Made by a program: the position numbers and the translations under genes
Source of the DNA: Octopus sinensis
Taxonomy: Eukaryota
Assembly (NCBI RefSeq): GCF_006345805.1
Contig: NC_043003.1
Location: 116,002,001 to 116,066,000, forward strand
Length of the DNA: 64,000 nt
Reading direction: 5' to 3'
Notes under the pieces: model-generated
Databases searched by the model: none
Told to the model about the DNA's origin: nothing
Seen by the model: only the letters and a program-made list of their open reading frames with translations
Shown here: positions 50,309 through 64,000 of the stretch, one piece after another
How positions within the stretch are numbered: position 1 is the first letter of the stretch
Layout of the letters: every line of letters starts with the position of its first letter

Positions 50309-50556
50309 CTTCCACGCTTACAACCTTGTGATAATGGAGTTATAACTTAAGCGGCTTCAAGACTATTTGACATGTATTTCAAGCGTATAGGCGTGATCCT
50401 ATTAGTGCCCTTCTTCTAATTTTATTTCATAATTATACTTAAAAATAAATTAAACATTATTGACTTGTTAGTATTCTGGCGTCTGATAAATTATTAAATA
50501 ATGACTTTATGCTAATATAATATATATATATATATATACTATATATATATCTATAT

Positions 50557-50800
50557 CACCGTGTTTTAGCCATAAAATGACACAACCCCGCTGACTAAGC
50601 GAGCAGCCAACAGAAGAAAGTGTGAGAGAAAGTTGTGGCCGAAAGAGTACAGCAGGGATCGCCACCACCTCCTGCGGAGCCTCGTGGAGCTTTAGGTGTT
50701 TTCGCTCATAAAACCTCACAACGCCCGGTCTGGGAATCGAAACCGCGATCCTACGACCGCGAGACCGCTTGCCCTAACCACTGGGGCCTTGCGCCTCCAC
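50557..50800 (-). mobile_element. SINE family D, inverted relative to 49398-49680
   Basis: Minus-strand head GTGGAGGCGCAAGGCCCCAGTGGTTAGGGC...GGTTTCGATTCCC. Confidence 0.85.
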
Positions 50801-50844
50801 ACACCACACACACACACATATATATTATATTATACATATATATC

Positions 50845-50929
<85 letters not shown>

Positions 50930-51455
50930 TATATATATGTAGTTCTATATATATGCAGTTCTTCGCTTCAGGAATTTTTTAGCGCGTCGGAACTAGACAT
51001 TTGAAATTTTATCCCTAATGTAATCGGTAAAACTAAACACGTGTCTGTCTCGCACAGAAAGCTGGGGTTATTTTTCAGATTGCCATTTACACTGAACGAT
51101 TGTACTGATGAAGCCAGGACATTTGAATTATGTAAGTAATTCTTTGTTAAAGGCCGAACCGAGGTATGCAATTAACTCTTTTTTTTATATAAATTTTCAT
51201 CTGTCCTGCCCGCCAAATTTGGTTCTGGTGTTCGCTGAATTTTTCCTCTAGAGAGCTTTCTTTGTAGTTTGATCGTTGATGATCTATTTCTAGCATGCAG
51301 CCGACTACCTAGCAGTCTTGCCCTGTCAATATACACAGTATTGAATTTTCTCTTATTTTCAGAATTTTGTATGCTAGACTACTGGTTTTAATTGATATTA
51401 AAATTAATATTAATTTATCTCCCTCATATTTTAAATATATATATATGTATATATA

Positions 51456-51551
<96 letters not shown>

Positions 51552-51609
51552 TATATATATATATATATATATATATCTATATATATAATATATAAATATG
51601 TATATACAT

Positions 51610-51946
51610 GTGAAGGCGCATGGCTCATGGTTAGAGCGTCGAGCTTACGATCGTGAGGTTGTGAGCTCGAATCCCGGACCGGCTGCGTGTTGGTTCTTGA
51701 GCAAGGCACTTTATTTCACGTTGCTCCAGTTCACTCAGCTGTAGAAATGAGTTGCGACGTCACTGGTGCCAAGCTGTATCGACTTTGTCTTTCCCTTGGA
51801 TAACACTGGTGGTGTGGAGAGGGGAGGCTGGTATGCATGGGCGACTGCTGGTCTTCCATAACAACCTCCCCAGACTTGTGTCTAGGATGGTAACTTTCTA
51901 GTGCAATCCCGTGGTCATTCATGACCGAAGGGGGTCTTTACCCTTT
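51610..51946 (+). mobile_element. tRNA-derived CORE-like SINE, family C
   Basis: GTGAAGGCGCATGGCTCATGGTTAGAGCG...GAGCTCGAATCCC head; matches 16535-16872. Confidence 0.85.
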
Positions 51947-52535
51947 ATATGTATATACTGCATAATACCACAGTTGTCTTTTCGCTTCTCTCAAGTAAGA
52001 ACCCACTATTGCAACAGCTTGGGTTTCAGGAGAGCACAACTGCTAAACATCCTGCCGGGATCCTGAGAGGTCTGCAAGGTGTTGATGTGGAAACGGCAGA
52101 ATGCACGAAGAAGAGCATTTCATCCAACTCGCTTCATCACCAAAAATAGTACCGAAGGAAGAACACTGAAAGGCGGTGCTTCGGCATGAACCGAGTCGCT
52201 AGTTGAAAACAATAACAAAAGAAAAGAATATATAGGTATGTGTGTGTGTATGATTTATATATATATATAATATATTATATATATATATATAGATATATAT
52301 ATATATATATAATATATAATATATACAAAGATAGATAGATCGATAGGTGTATATAATATATGTATAGGTATGTATGTATAATTATGAAATATGTATGTCT
52401 ATATAAGAATGTAAATATATATACATATATCTGGATATATATACATACATATTCATATATCTATATATATACATATACACATATACTAGAATATATATAT
52501 ATATGCATATATATATATTTATATGTATGTATGCA

Positions 52536-52573
<38 letters not shown>

Positions 52574-52587
52574 CAAGTTGTCAAAGA

Positions 52588-52642
52588 AGTTGGCATTGGG
52601 CTCTAAGTTGGCATTGGGCTCTAAGTTGGCATTGGGCTCTAA
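52588..52642. repeat. 18-bp tandem repeat x3
   Basis: AAGTTGGCATTGGGCTCT repeated three times. Confidence 0.9.
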
Positions 52643-53061
52643 CTTCAAACGAGATATAGGTTTACCAGTTTCATGTTAATTTAGGTGCTTGCTTGAATAC
52701 ACAGGTAAATAAATATAATAACGAAACGACATATTGCCTGTAGGCATAAAATACGTAAAAACAAGGCTTCAGAGAAAGATCAGAGACAGAAATGGGCGCA
52801 TGGGTTGTTGGGACTTCACTCCCTGCTGGTTTTCAGCTATAATAGCGTACCTTCAACGGCATTAATATAAGATCAACTACATATATTTTGTACAGTTTCC
52901 ATAGAATGTTATTAATGCATTCAAAGCAGATTGCATTATGATATATAATCGCCCATCATCAGGTAAAATTTTGAACAGATAAGATTTTAAACAGTTGAGA
53001 TTTTTACAGAAAACCGTGCAATTTCGATATTAGCTTCATTAACATTAATTTAGTTAATCAT

Positions 53062-53480
53062 TAACTTAGCGGTTCACAAAGTAATTTCGATATAATAATC
53101 TAGCGGTTCGCCAAATAAGATCGATATAACTTAACGGATAGCCAAACGAAATCGATAGAATAACTTAGCGGTTCACCAAATGCGATCGATATAATAATTT
53201 AACAGTTCACGAAATAAGTTCGATAGAATAACTTAGTGGTTCACCAAAAGAGGTCGATAGAATAATTAGCAGTTCGGCAAACGAAATCGATATAATACCT
53301 TGACGGTTCGCCGAATGAAATCGATAGAATAACTTAGCGGTTTGCCAAATGAATGCGATAAAATAACTTAGTGGTTCGCCAAATGAAATCGATCGAATAA
53401 CTTAGCGGTTCGCCATACGCGATCGATATAATGACCGAGCGGTCCGCGAAATGAATCGATAGAATAACTTTGCGGACTCT
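53062..53480 (+). repeat. 34-bp minisatellite, ~12.5 diverged copies
   Basis: Consensus TAACTTAGCGGTTCGCCAAATGAAATCGATAGAA. Confidence 0.9.
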
Positions 53481-53556
53481 GAATATGTATATATATATAT
53501 ATATATATAACACACACACACGCACACACACACACACATACACACACACACACACA

Positions 53557-53602
<46 letters not shown>

Positions 53603-53763
53603 ATACACACACATATGTAGTATGTATGTATGTATGTATGTATGCATGTATGTATGTAAGTGTGTATGTATGTATGTATGTAAGTATGTATGTATGCATG
53701 TATGTATGTATGTATGTATGTATGTATGTATGTATTATGTATGCATGTATGTATGTAAGTGTG

Positions 53764-53794
<31 letters not shown>

Positions 53795-55680
53795 GTGTGT
53801 ATGTATGTATTATGTATGTATGTATGTATGTAAGTGTGTATGTATGTATGTATATATGTATGTATGTATGTATATATGTATGTGTGTATGTATGTATGTG
53901 TGCATGTATGTGTGTATGTATTTATGTATGTATGAATATATGTATTTATGTATCTGTGTATGTATATTTGTATGTATGATTTTTTACCATTCGTTAGCCT
54001 CGATTGCTCTTCACACTTCGGCATCATTCAGTAAAACATGTGCTAAAGACTGCATATTCCATTCCTTTCCATCCCTTCTGTTATTCTTAATCGAATGTGT
54101 AGCATCGTTTCCATGTTGCATATGAAATAAAACACAAGACGTTTGAGACGTGAGTGTGTGTATATGCGTGTGCGTGCGTGTGTGCATGTGTGTATGTTGA
54201 TATGTGCGCCTGTGTATCAGTATGTTACGTAGGAGTATTCGGCAAATATATACTTCCAGTATCTTCGCATTTGATCACAGACATAGAATGAAGAAACCCC
54301 AACAAACACCTTAGTAACCTGATATACAATATGCATGATAAACATCTGCACAGTCGTAGACGTCTATCCTTGTATATATGACACAAATGCACATATGTCG
54401 GTTCCTGTATTCGTACTAATGCATTGTGGTTGAACACACATCGCAAAAAAGCAAATTACCATCATTTCTCTAAACGCCAGGTTTAATAAATATATAACCA
54501 GACTGCAACGCTCGCTGATTTCATAAAATGTTATCTATAACCTAAAAAAATTCACCCACAATACGCAGTTTTATATTTTTTCCGATAAGTAGTTCTGTTT
54601 TCTAATTTTGTTGTACTTCGGGGAATATTTCGAAATACCAAGCTAAACAATTTTATCTAAATATTCTTTCCTCCGTTTTGCAGTAACAGCTATTTATTCT
54701 TGTAATGTGTTGCTGTTTTTGCTAATTAGAGAGCAGCTACGTTGATGCCAAAGCTGAAAAGGCGTTTTACGATGTTAGCAGCAACTCTGCCATTTTCCGT
54801 CTTACATAGTGTCTCGCTATCGGTCGCGAATGAAAAGAATTTCTAAACGGTTTTGGGGGGAAACAGACTTAAGTAAGACTAAACGAACCTTAAAATAATT
54901 TTGACATACTTATCACAAGTCTGCGAACATGTGTGAGTATATGTATGTACAGGTGAGTTTACTGTGTGCGTGTGCGTGTGTGTGTGCGTATGTGTGTGTA
55001 TGCGAGTGCGATGTGTGTATGTGTTTTTGTGTATGTTTATGTGTGTGCGTGAGTACATGCGCATTATATATATATACATATCTATCTATTTATTATAATT
55101 TATTTATATATACAAATATGCATACATACATATATACATATATATGTGTGTGTGTGTGTGTGTATACATATTTATATATATAAACACATACATATATATA
55201 TATATATATATAAGTATATATATATATACATATACATACACATATTTATATATATAAATAAATATATATATATATATATACTTATATATATATTGTTTAT
55301 ATACATAAATATGTATACATACATATATATATATGTATACATATTTATATATATAAACAAATAGATATATATAAGTATATATATATATATTATAATATAT
55401 ATATATATTAATATACTCCTCTACATTTTCACGCACATACACTTCATGTAACCATACAAATATACAGAGATTCTTACCTGCAGTCATACACATATATACG
55501 CTCATACAGACATACATATATGTGTACGTATGTGTATATATATATATGTATATAAGTGTACATACCGCATGTGTACAAACACATATGAAATAACACATGG
55601 ATGCATATATATGAGTGTACATGTACGTATGCAAATATATATATATATTTGCATGTATGTGTGTGTCTTTGTGTTTATAG

Positions 55681-55734
<54 letters not shown>

Positions 55735-56271
55735 GTATATATATATATATACGTACACTCTTATAGATTCATATATCAATGCAAACGTCTATGTATGTGT
55801 GTATGTATAATAGTCGTTTACTATTTACCAAATTATTTTCTCTACGCATGCGTAAAGGAAGAGTGGAAGACTGTAAATCAGACAAAAAAAAAAAACAAGA
55901 TGTAGCATGCGTGGTGCAGGCTTCGTGCATAGACAAGGTCTGGTGACAGATAATGAGTAGAGGAGAGCTAACCATGCACATTGTCAGAGTTAGACAATTT
56001 GTGGAACAAAGAGGATGACACGAGGGTGACGAACAGAACGGGATACATCTCACAGTGTACGGTATTTAACTTATGAGGTAACAACCTCTGAAAATAATAT
56101 ACTTTGGGCAAAATTCAAAAGTAGAATCGATGGCAAATTGGCAACAATTTCAAATTTCTATTTTCTAAATATTCAAGTGATATTTTTATTAGTTTCGAAA
56201 TGCTCTCTGAAAAATGCATAGTTTTTAAATGTAATATACATTTGTTCATGAAATTTACAAAAAATAGCAAC

Positions 56272-56406
56272 AACCAACCACATGGTTCCGGGTTCAGTCC
56301 CACTGCGTGGCATCTTGGGCAAGTGTCTTCTGCTATAGCCTTGGGCCGACCAATACCTTGTGAGTGTATTTGGTAGACGGAAACTGAAAGAAGCCCGTTG
56401 TATATG

Positions 56407-56446
<40 letters not shown>

Positions 56447-56665
56447 GTGTGTTTGTGTGTCTGTGTTTGTCCCCCTAGCATTGCTTGACAACCGATGCTG
56501 GTGTGTTTATGTCCCTGTTACTTAGCGGTTCAGCAAAAGAGACCGATACAATAAGTACTGGGCTTACAAAGAATAAGTCCCGGGGTCGATTTGCTCGACT
56601 AAAGGCAGTGCTCCAGCATGGCCGCGGTCAAATGACTGAAACAAGTAAAAGAGTAAAGAGAGTAA
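56272..56665 (+). mobile_element. SINE family A, 5'-clipped
   Basis: Family A body and (GTAAAAGA) tail. Confidence 0.85.
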
Positions 56666-56942
56666 AATAGTATAATTGTTCTAGTGGTTATTCCCAGTAT
56701 AGAAGTAGAAATTAATATTTATTTACGTTCCTGAAAAATAGTATCATTTCATCGTGTTACATAAACTGCGATAAATTTAACGCAGATAACTGGACTTTAA
56801 TGCCATGTATTCCAAATAACTTGATATCACTAATGGTGGCCAAATTAGAACCATACATCGAAAGTGACCCGTCGTAAGGTGGATAATTTTGGAGGCGCAT
56901 ATTCAAAGGTGCATACATACACACACAGACACAGACACAGAT

Positions 56943-57027
<85 letters not shown>

Positions 57028-57089
57028 TACGGCTCGCATTGTTGACATGATTTCATTGAATTTCATGTCAGTGTTTCGCATGGAGAGAC

Positions 57090-58560
57090 ATTTAAGTCAG
57101 ATTTGCTGGAGTATCTCTTTGTTGATGGACTTCCAGTCAGCCTTGTAGAAGTTTAGGTTGGTTTGCACTAGGGATCCAGCAGTGTTGTATGATTCTTTCA
57201 TTAGCTTTTGACCATATATTGATAGTTCTATCATGTTCTGGTCTGAGTGCGTTGGCGGTGATATGTTTATGTTGGGGATAAGATTCATAATTTTTTTGTG
57301 AAGCAGAGATCCAGGATGCTGATATTTCTGGTTGGGGAAAGTATGACTTGCTCTATGAACATCATTTTCGTGAGATCTACAACAGATTCTGCCTGGTTGA
57401 ATTCTTTTCGTATCAGTTCTGAGCTTATGACACCTTCAGGCCAGCTAATGCTGGGGAAGTTCAAGTCACCCATCAGAAGTACATTAAGGTATTGGTCTAG
57501 GTTTGTGAGCAATTCTTTTATCTCAGCAAGACATTCCTCAAACTTGCCATCGTAGTTCGAGGCATCAGGTGGGCGGTATAACGTGCATATTAGCACGTCA
57601 AGTTGCTTTAGATACACTATGGGTGTGTCACGGATCGCATTCGAATGCAACAGCAGTGACCAGGCAGTGACATCTTCACGGATGTACATCGCAACTCCAC
57701 CGTGACATCTCTCTTTTCTGTCTGTGCGGAACACAGTATACCTTGGAAGGTGTATCTATGCGTCATGTAAGACTGCAGACAGATGAATCTTGATTGTATG
57801 AAGACAGTTCTCCCAGGTATGCAATTTTGTTCTTACTGTTGTTTTGCAAGAGGTCTCTGATGTTCATCAGTAGGATTTGGTATGATGGAGGATTCGGCGG
57901 CCGTGGTGACCATCCTGGGTCCATTACTTGTGGCGGTCTTGTGTGTTGGTGTACAGGGCTTCACATCTTTGTAGTTATGATAACTGGAGCGTTATCGTTT
58001 GTGCGATACTCAAAAAAGTTTGCTGTTTGGCTTCTACAGTTCGAATCAGCGTACAGCGATTTGGCAATCATTTTGGTTAGTGTGCTCAGGGGTGTGGACT
58101 TTCCTGGGCGTGAGTGCTTATCCTGATTATCGAGTGGGGAGTGGTAAAAGCAGTGCATTCTATCTTGCCTACGCATTGCGTGTACAACGCTGCAATGTGT
58201 ACCCTTCTCTCCATGCCAGCAAACTCCTTTGACGTAGAATTTGCAGGTTGCGTTTATGGGGATAACCTTTGTTTTGAACACTGCTGCACCTGCTTTGCAG
58301 CTGGTTCATCTCGCTGAGCTGCCACGTTGGGAGAGGAGTTTCGAGTCGCTTCTCTTGAGAGCTTTGAGATTCTTTTCTTGCTCCTTCTCAATTTACACAT
58401 TACTGCGATTACCCTCATTAGTGAGTATATCGCTGGTTGCTCTGGGCTTCTCGCTTGTGGCATCCTTTTTGCTGTTTTTCATGCAAACAATTTTCCGGGA
58501 TGGATGGACATTTTTATGTTTAAAAAATGGTGTCTAAGTTGTCCATATATGGCCTGACGA
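57090..58560 (-). mobile_element. CR1-like LINE 5' portion: ORF1 with CCCH finger and APE endonuclease, RT absent
   Basis: LMNIRDLL; FRTDRKERCHGGVAMYIR; LYRPP; LLMGDLNFP; PTRNISILDLCFT; upstream CKFYVKGVCWHGEKGTHCSVVH at 58180-58245. Confidence 0.75.
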
Positions 58561-59228
58561 GTTCATGGGAACGTTTTTTTCATTCTATCCGTGCCTCGTT
58601 CCTATTGAATCCATTGTTTTTCATGGCTACAGTAATCCCATTGTCGGTGTTAGGGGGGATCATTTTCGGCAGCAATCCAAGCACAGAGAAGTAGGTCTAT
58701 TTCTGTGTCCTTCCAGGTTGCCACCTCGAGTGTGATACTACTTTCTTTATGAAGTGTAATTGATTGGCGAGTGCAGAGAGAGGGAGAGAGGGGGTTGCGA
58801 TAGGGATATCACGGGAGGGAGAAAAGCAGGGCAAGTGAAAATGAGGAGAAAGTGGAGCAGAAGAGTACATAGGAGAGTGAGAGATGTTAGGCGAGGAAAG
58901 CGAGGAGAGCAAAGTGATAGGTGAGAGGTGGGGCAGGGCTTCTACAAGCGTACAGAGAATTGATTCAAGATATTTTTTCAAAGCCGATTTATTTATTTCT
59001 ATATTTATATTTGGATATACGGACTCCTGTATGCGAGTCTGCAAGGAAAATAAACTGAAAAGACTCGAGTCGAATATGGAAACAAAGCGATCGATTCTTG
59101 GTATGCGATGGTCTTTGCTCTATACATACATACATACGTACATACATACATTCAAATGCATACACACACACACACACACATATATATATATGTGTGTGTG
59201 TGTGTGTATACATATATATATATATATC

Positions 59229-59480
59229 AATCAATAAATGGTGGGGTTGTGTTGACCGCACGTGGAGAAATGATAGGAAAGAAAAAGTGTGAAAAGACAG
59301 AATACTAAATTGAAGGCAAATTTTAATAAAAATGGGTGTATGGAAAATTACAAAAATAATAACTCTAACCGGATTTTATTGCAAAGCAAATTTTAAAGAT
59401 TTGAAAGGTGAAAAGAAATTTACAATGTTTTTTTCAAAAAAAAAACAATAATAAACATATACAAAAATTAAAAGATAAGT
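59229..59480 (-). mobile_element. Terminal fragment of a second PLE subfamily
   Basis: TCAATAAATGGTGGGGTTGTGTTGACCGCACGTGGAGAAATGATA is identical to 10141-10185, then diverges; flanked by TA-rich microsatellite. Confidence 0.7.
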
Positions 59481-59534
59481 ACCCCGTATGTATGTATGTA
59501 TATATATATATGTGGTGTGTGTGGTATATATATG

Positions 59535-59594
<60 letters not shown>

Positions 59595-61049
59595 CATGTG
59601 TGTTTCTGTGTGTGTGTGTGTGTGTATGTGTATGTTTCTGCGTGTGTGAGTGATTGGTATCTGTTAGTCTCGAACGACTATGGACTTGCACCTCAGTTTG
59701 GATTAGACTGGTGTTACATCATCGCTTGTGACTGACAAGGCCAATGCGTGAGTGACACTCACGGCTGCAGCTTTTGCAAATGTGGCTGGTCGGTTGGTGG
59801 TTGTTTGGTGGTTCGCACTTCCTATAATGGGATAGGCTATACAAAGGCGGACAAGAGAAACAACAATTAGAAGGACAGGCCAAAAAAAAGTCTGGTCATT
59901 CGTGACTTTCTTTCTTCAGTCAATTCCCAGAAGTCACCACCATTTCGGGCAGTTACACTTGAGATGGCTCGATCTGGTTGCCCCCAATAAAGTCTAAGCT
60001 AAGAGCTTTAGACCTCTTTGTAAAAAAAAAATGCTAGCGAATGTGTACGAAATGTGTAAGAAAGCTAGCGAATTTTCTATGCTCTCAAGCCCTTTTGTAG
60101 TGAATTTGGAAGTTTACCTTATATCTGAATCAGAAGCTATCGGATTACATAAATTCTTTTTATAGACAGATTTATTTCGCCCGCTATTCAACATTTTATA
60201 TCCCCTTTCGAAATTTTGATACTTAAAGAAATTTTAATAGTTAGAGAATCTAATTGGATCATGGGCATTACAGATTGTTTCACGTGTACGGCAACGGCAA
60301 AGAAATATGTCATATGTTCTGACTTTTCTTACAATCGGTGACCAGGAATACGGCAATATATTGAACATAGTGCTGGATATCACCTTAACAATTTGCTATA
60401 TATTTCGTTTAGCTACAGCTTGTAGCGTGTCGATATATTTCTTTACATTTGTGTGGGTCATTTTAGAAATGTATTCGTGAGTAATTAAGCATCTATTAGC
60501 TGTTGTGTACATGCATAAGCAATGTGTATGCAAAGTTGGCTGCAGATATTTTGAAATTTAAATTTACAGATCACCAATCTGACTCGGAATGGAAATATAT
60601 GATTTCTCTAGTTATAAATCTAGGATTATAGCTGTAGTTTGATATACATTTAACAGGAATTTGCATCTCTGACGCGCATATATTTCTGCACAATATCACG
60701 GCTCAGACGCTTGAAATTTGTCTCTTAGTATATAAACGGCAATACATTCTTTGTCATTAATGAAAGCATAAGTGTGTGTGCGTTTGTGTGTGTGAGAGAG
60801 GTGGGGTGAGAGTCAGAGCAACTGATTATCTGACAGTTCGTGCGAATGCATGAGGCACTGGTGTATGCATATATATATATATATATATATAATATATATA
60901 TATATATTATATATATATATATTATATATATATATACATATATATATATCTATATACATATATATGCATATATGTATATATATATGTATGTGTGTGTATA
61001 TAAATATATATATATAACATATATATATAATATATATATATATTATAGA

Positions 61050-61082
<33 letters not shown>

Positions 61083-61642
61083 TATATTACATATATATAT
61101 ATGTGAATGCAAGTGCGCGCTTAGACGCGCTATTCCAAAGTAAATCCCCTCTCTTTCAGTGACGCGAGTTTGACAGTTGTTTTCGCCCAATTGTGACAAG
61201 GGACTAAATTGCTTTGCAAGCCGTAATGAAGAGCTGGTCAAAAGAAGTTCAATGACTCCTACGTGTATGTTTAGTGCTAATTCCTTGCAAGTCGATATTG
61301 ATTGATCTTTTTAGACATGGAATCTTTGAAAGGCATCCACCGACTTGACGCACTCTTAATTTCTCGCCCGAAATCTAATTACATTCGAGTCAACCGAATT
61401 GCTTGCTTCACCTCAAAATGTAAACATTAAATCTACTTAAGTGTTCAATAACTTCAGTAATTGGATGCGCTTTCATTACGCGTCTTATATTTTTGCTTTA
61501 TCTTTCTTCATTTCAGCTTTCTTTCCCACCAGTTTCTTACTGTCGGTGTTTCTGTCGCTCTGACCCCGCCCATTCCTTTATATCCTTAACTGTCTCCAAA
61601 TGCGTAGGTGCGTGTCTGTATGCATATATGCGTGTGAATATG

Positions 61643-61675
<33 letters not shown>

Positions 61676-61710
61676 GTGTATATATATATATATATATGTA
61701 TGTATATATA

Positions 61711-61782
<72 letters not shown>

Positions 61783-61802
61783 TATATATACATATATATA
61801 TA

Positions 61803-61834
<32 letters not shown>

Positions 61835-61894
61835 GCACATATATATACATACATATATATATTCACATAAATATACATATATATATATATGCAC

Positions 61895-61937
<43 letters not shown>

Positions 61938-61991
61938 ATATATATATGTACATACATATATATACATATATACATGCCTATATATACACAC

Positions 61992-62128
<137 letters not shown>

Positions 62129-62512
62129 ATATATATAATATATATATATAAAACTGTCTAAAACTAGCAATGACTCTCTATCCTTCCCTTTTCCTCTCTG
62201 TGCTTATATAAATGCATACACACACACACACACACACATATGTATTCTGACGCTTGCACACGCACATATCTTCCTACCTGCATTTATTTATATTCTTGGT
62301 GTAACCACTTCCTCTCAATACACTATATGTCAATATGGCGACTGGCAACCCTTCCAGAGTATCCATTTCTTATATTGGATCACTTATTCATCTTTCAATC
62401 GCTTTCTTACATACATCTTACAATTTTTTTTTCTCTTCTCGTTTGTCTCTACCACTCTCCTTTTAGCGTGCATTCTGTTGTTTCGATAACCATATACAAT
62501 GAGCGACATATC

Positions 62513-62569
<57 letters not shown>

Positions 62570-63756
62570 CTGGCACACGCACACACGCAATCTTATTCGT
62601 ACACAATTCACTACAGCTTCAATCCTCCATCTGCTTTTCTCAAAACTCTGTTCTTTTCTGTTCCCACGCCTTAATCTACATCTGACTCGAAGGTTCATTA
62701 TTGTTTTGTTTCTCTGCTATATTTCATTCTTATTTCTCTGCTACTTCAACCAACCTCTCCCCCATTTCCTGTTGAGGCAGGATCATCGTCTTCAGCCACT
62801 CGGTATCAAACTCTCTGTTCTCTCATTCCTTGTAATCTTCCCTAATCTTTCTTTCCATTTCTTTTAATTCCGCTCTGGCACTCACTCTTTCATCGTTAAT
62901 CCAATTCTTCACTTAGATTTTAACTCGATATGCCTGTATCGACGTTAACTTGACTGACAGGAGGCTACGAATATCTCTTCAAAAGTCTGAGAAACAAAGA
63001 AGTATCGCTTAAACAAATAAACACATCCGCATTAGCCAACACAAACAGTATTTGCCGACCCTTTGCTGTATCTGTTCTTTCTTTACAGATGTCGATACAA
63101 GCAACTATCTTTTGTTCGCCAATCTGATCTTGCTATGCTTCTGAAACTGCCAGCTTCTGTCCATCGATACATCTTTCTCTCTATCTATTTTGTCAGCCAA
63201 CGTGTTACACACACACCCTTAAACATACGAGCGTGAAGACTTATCTCTCTCACTCCTCTCTCTCTCTCTCTGTCTTTCTGTCTCTCTGTCTCTCTGACAT
63301 TCTCTTTCTCTCTCTCTCTTTCTCCCTCTTTCATGCACACACTTTCGGACATTTTCAGTATACGCGAATGAATTTGCATTAAATTTAAATCACCATATAC
63401 GTATGACATTGTACATACATGCATACACAAAAACACACACATATGTACATATATGTGTGTGTAGGGGGGGGTTCTTTGTGTGTGGGGGATTGTGTGAGAG
63501 GAATATTTGCACATGTTCTTAACATGGCCAGGCACATTCCGACGCAAATGATGATTGGTGCTGTTGGATAGGCCAGAGGAGAAGAACTTCTCTTTAACGA
63601 TGATAGCGCGTTTAACGCTCTCATTTCATGGGATCACGACTTTCTGAGGCACCACTCTTTCGACGTGTGTCTCGTCAGTAAGTTCGCCAATCAGTGCTCA
63701 CAGCGACCGTGTTACGAACAACTATGTAAACATTCGTTCCAGTTGTCGGCGTAAAC

Positions 63757-63831
63757 CAGTGGTTCCCAACCTCGGATCCACACACACCTGTCTGCTAAGT
63801 TAGTGCTTGGGGACCGACAACTAAATTCAAA

Positions 63832-63870
<39 letters not shown>

Positions 63871-63905
63871 ACACACACACCTATATATATAATATATATA
63901 TATAT

Positions 63906-63940
<35 letters not shown>

Positions 63941-64000
63941 GCAGCATATAAAAAGGGGTCCGTGGGAAAACTCATTTAGATACAAGTGATGGGAACCCGT
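63757..64000. mobile_element. Probable hAT MITE interrupted by microsatellite
   Basis: CAGTGGTTCCCAACCT terminus; GGGGTCCGTGG and GATGGGAACC near the window end; TSD not checkable. Confidence 0.4.

Noticed and set aside
53062-53480. CRISPR-like regular array
   Set aside because: Units are contiguous diverged repeats with no unique spacers, there are no cas genes, and the context is eukaryotic.
63548-63647. Box C (ATGATGA) and box D (CTGA) 100 nt apart, possible C/D snoRNA
   Set aside because: No terminal stem, and only an 8-nt match to 18S rRNA upstream of box D; insufficient without a snoscan or Infernal search.

Overview
AT-rich, microsatellite-saturated eukaryotic DNA, most likely intronic or intergenic cephalopod (Octopus-like) sequence. 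The taxon is inferred from the SINE/LINE repertoire and repeat style. No host gene can be called with confidence, and most ORFs in the supplied track are microsatellite artefacts. The window is mainly mobile elements: (i) a near-complete, frameshifted Penelope-like element (PLE; RT plus GIY-YIG, Neptune-like Cys linker) at 5.6-11.1 kb with direct and inverted pseudo-LTRs, inserted in (TA)n; (ii) a 5'-truncated R4/Dong-type RLE LINE at 38.6-41.1 kb plus six shorter 3' fragments, mostly tied to (TAA)n; (iii) RTE, L1/Tx1 and CR1-like fragments; (iv) four tRNA-derived SINE families, several with clear TSDs; (v) piggyBac-, hAT- and unclassified TIR MITEs. The most interesting signal is a set of minimal type-I hammerhead ribozyme (HHR) folds in at least three PLE-related repeat families. 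These are a U3-A8 variant in the coding PLE, a canonical-core HHR in both arms of a non-coding 1.8-kb foldback element, and a retrozyme-like tandem array with ~338-bp spacing. A 34-bp minisatellite appears to be amplified from a SINE segment. All calls were made by eye; no alignment, folding or database search was run.
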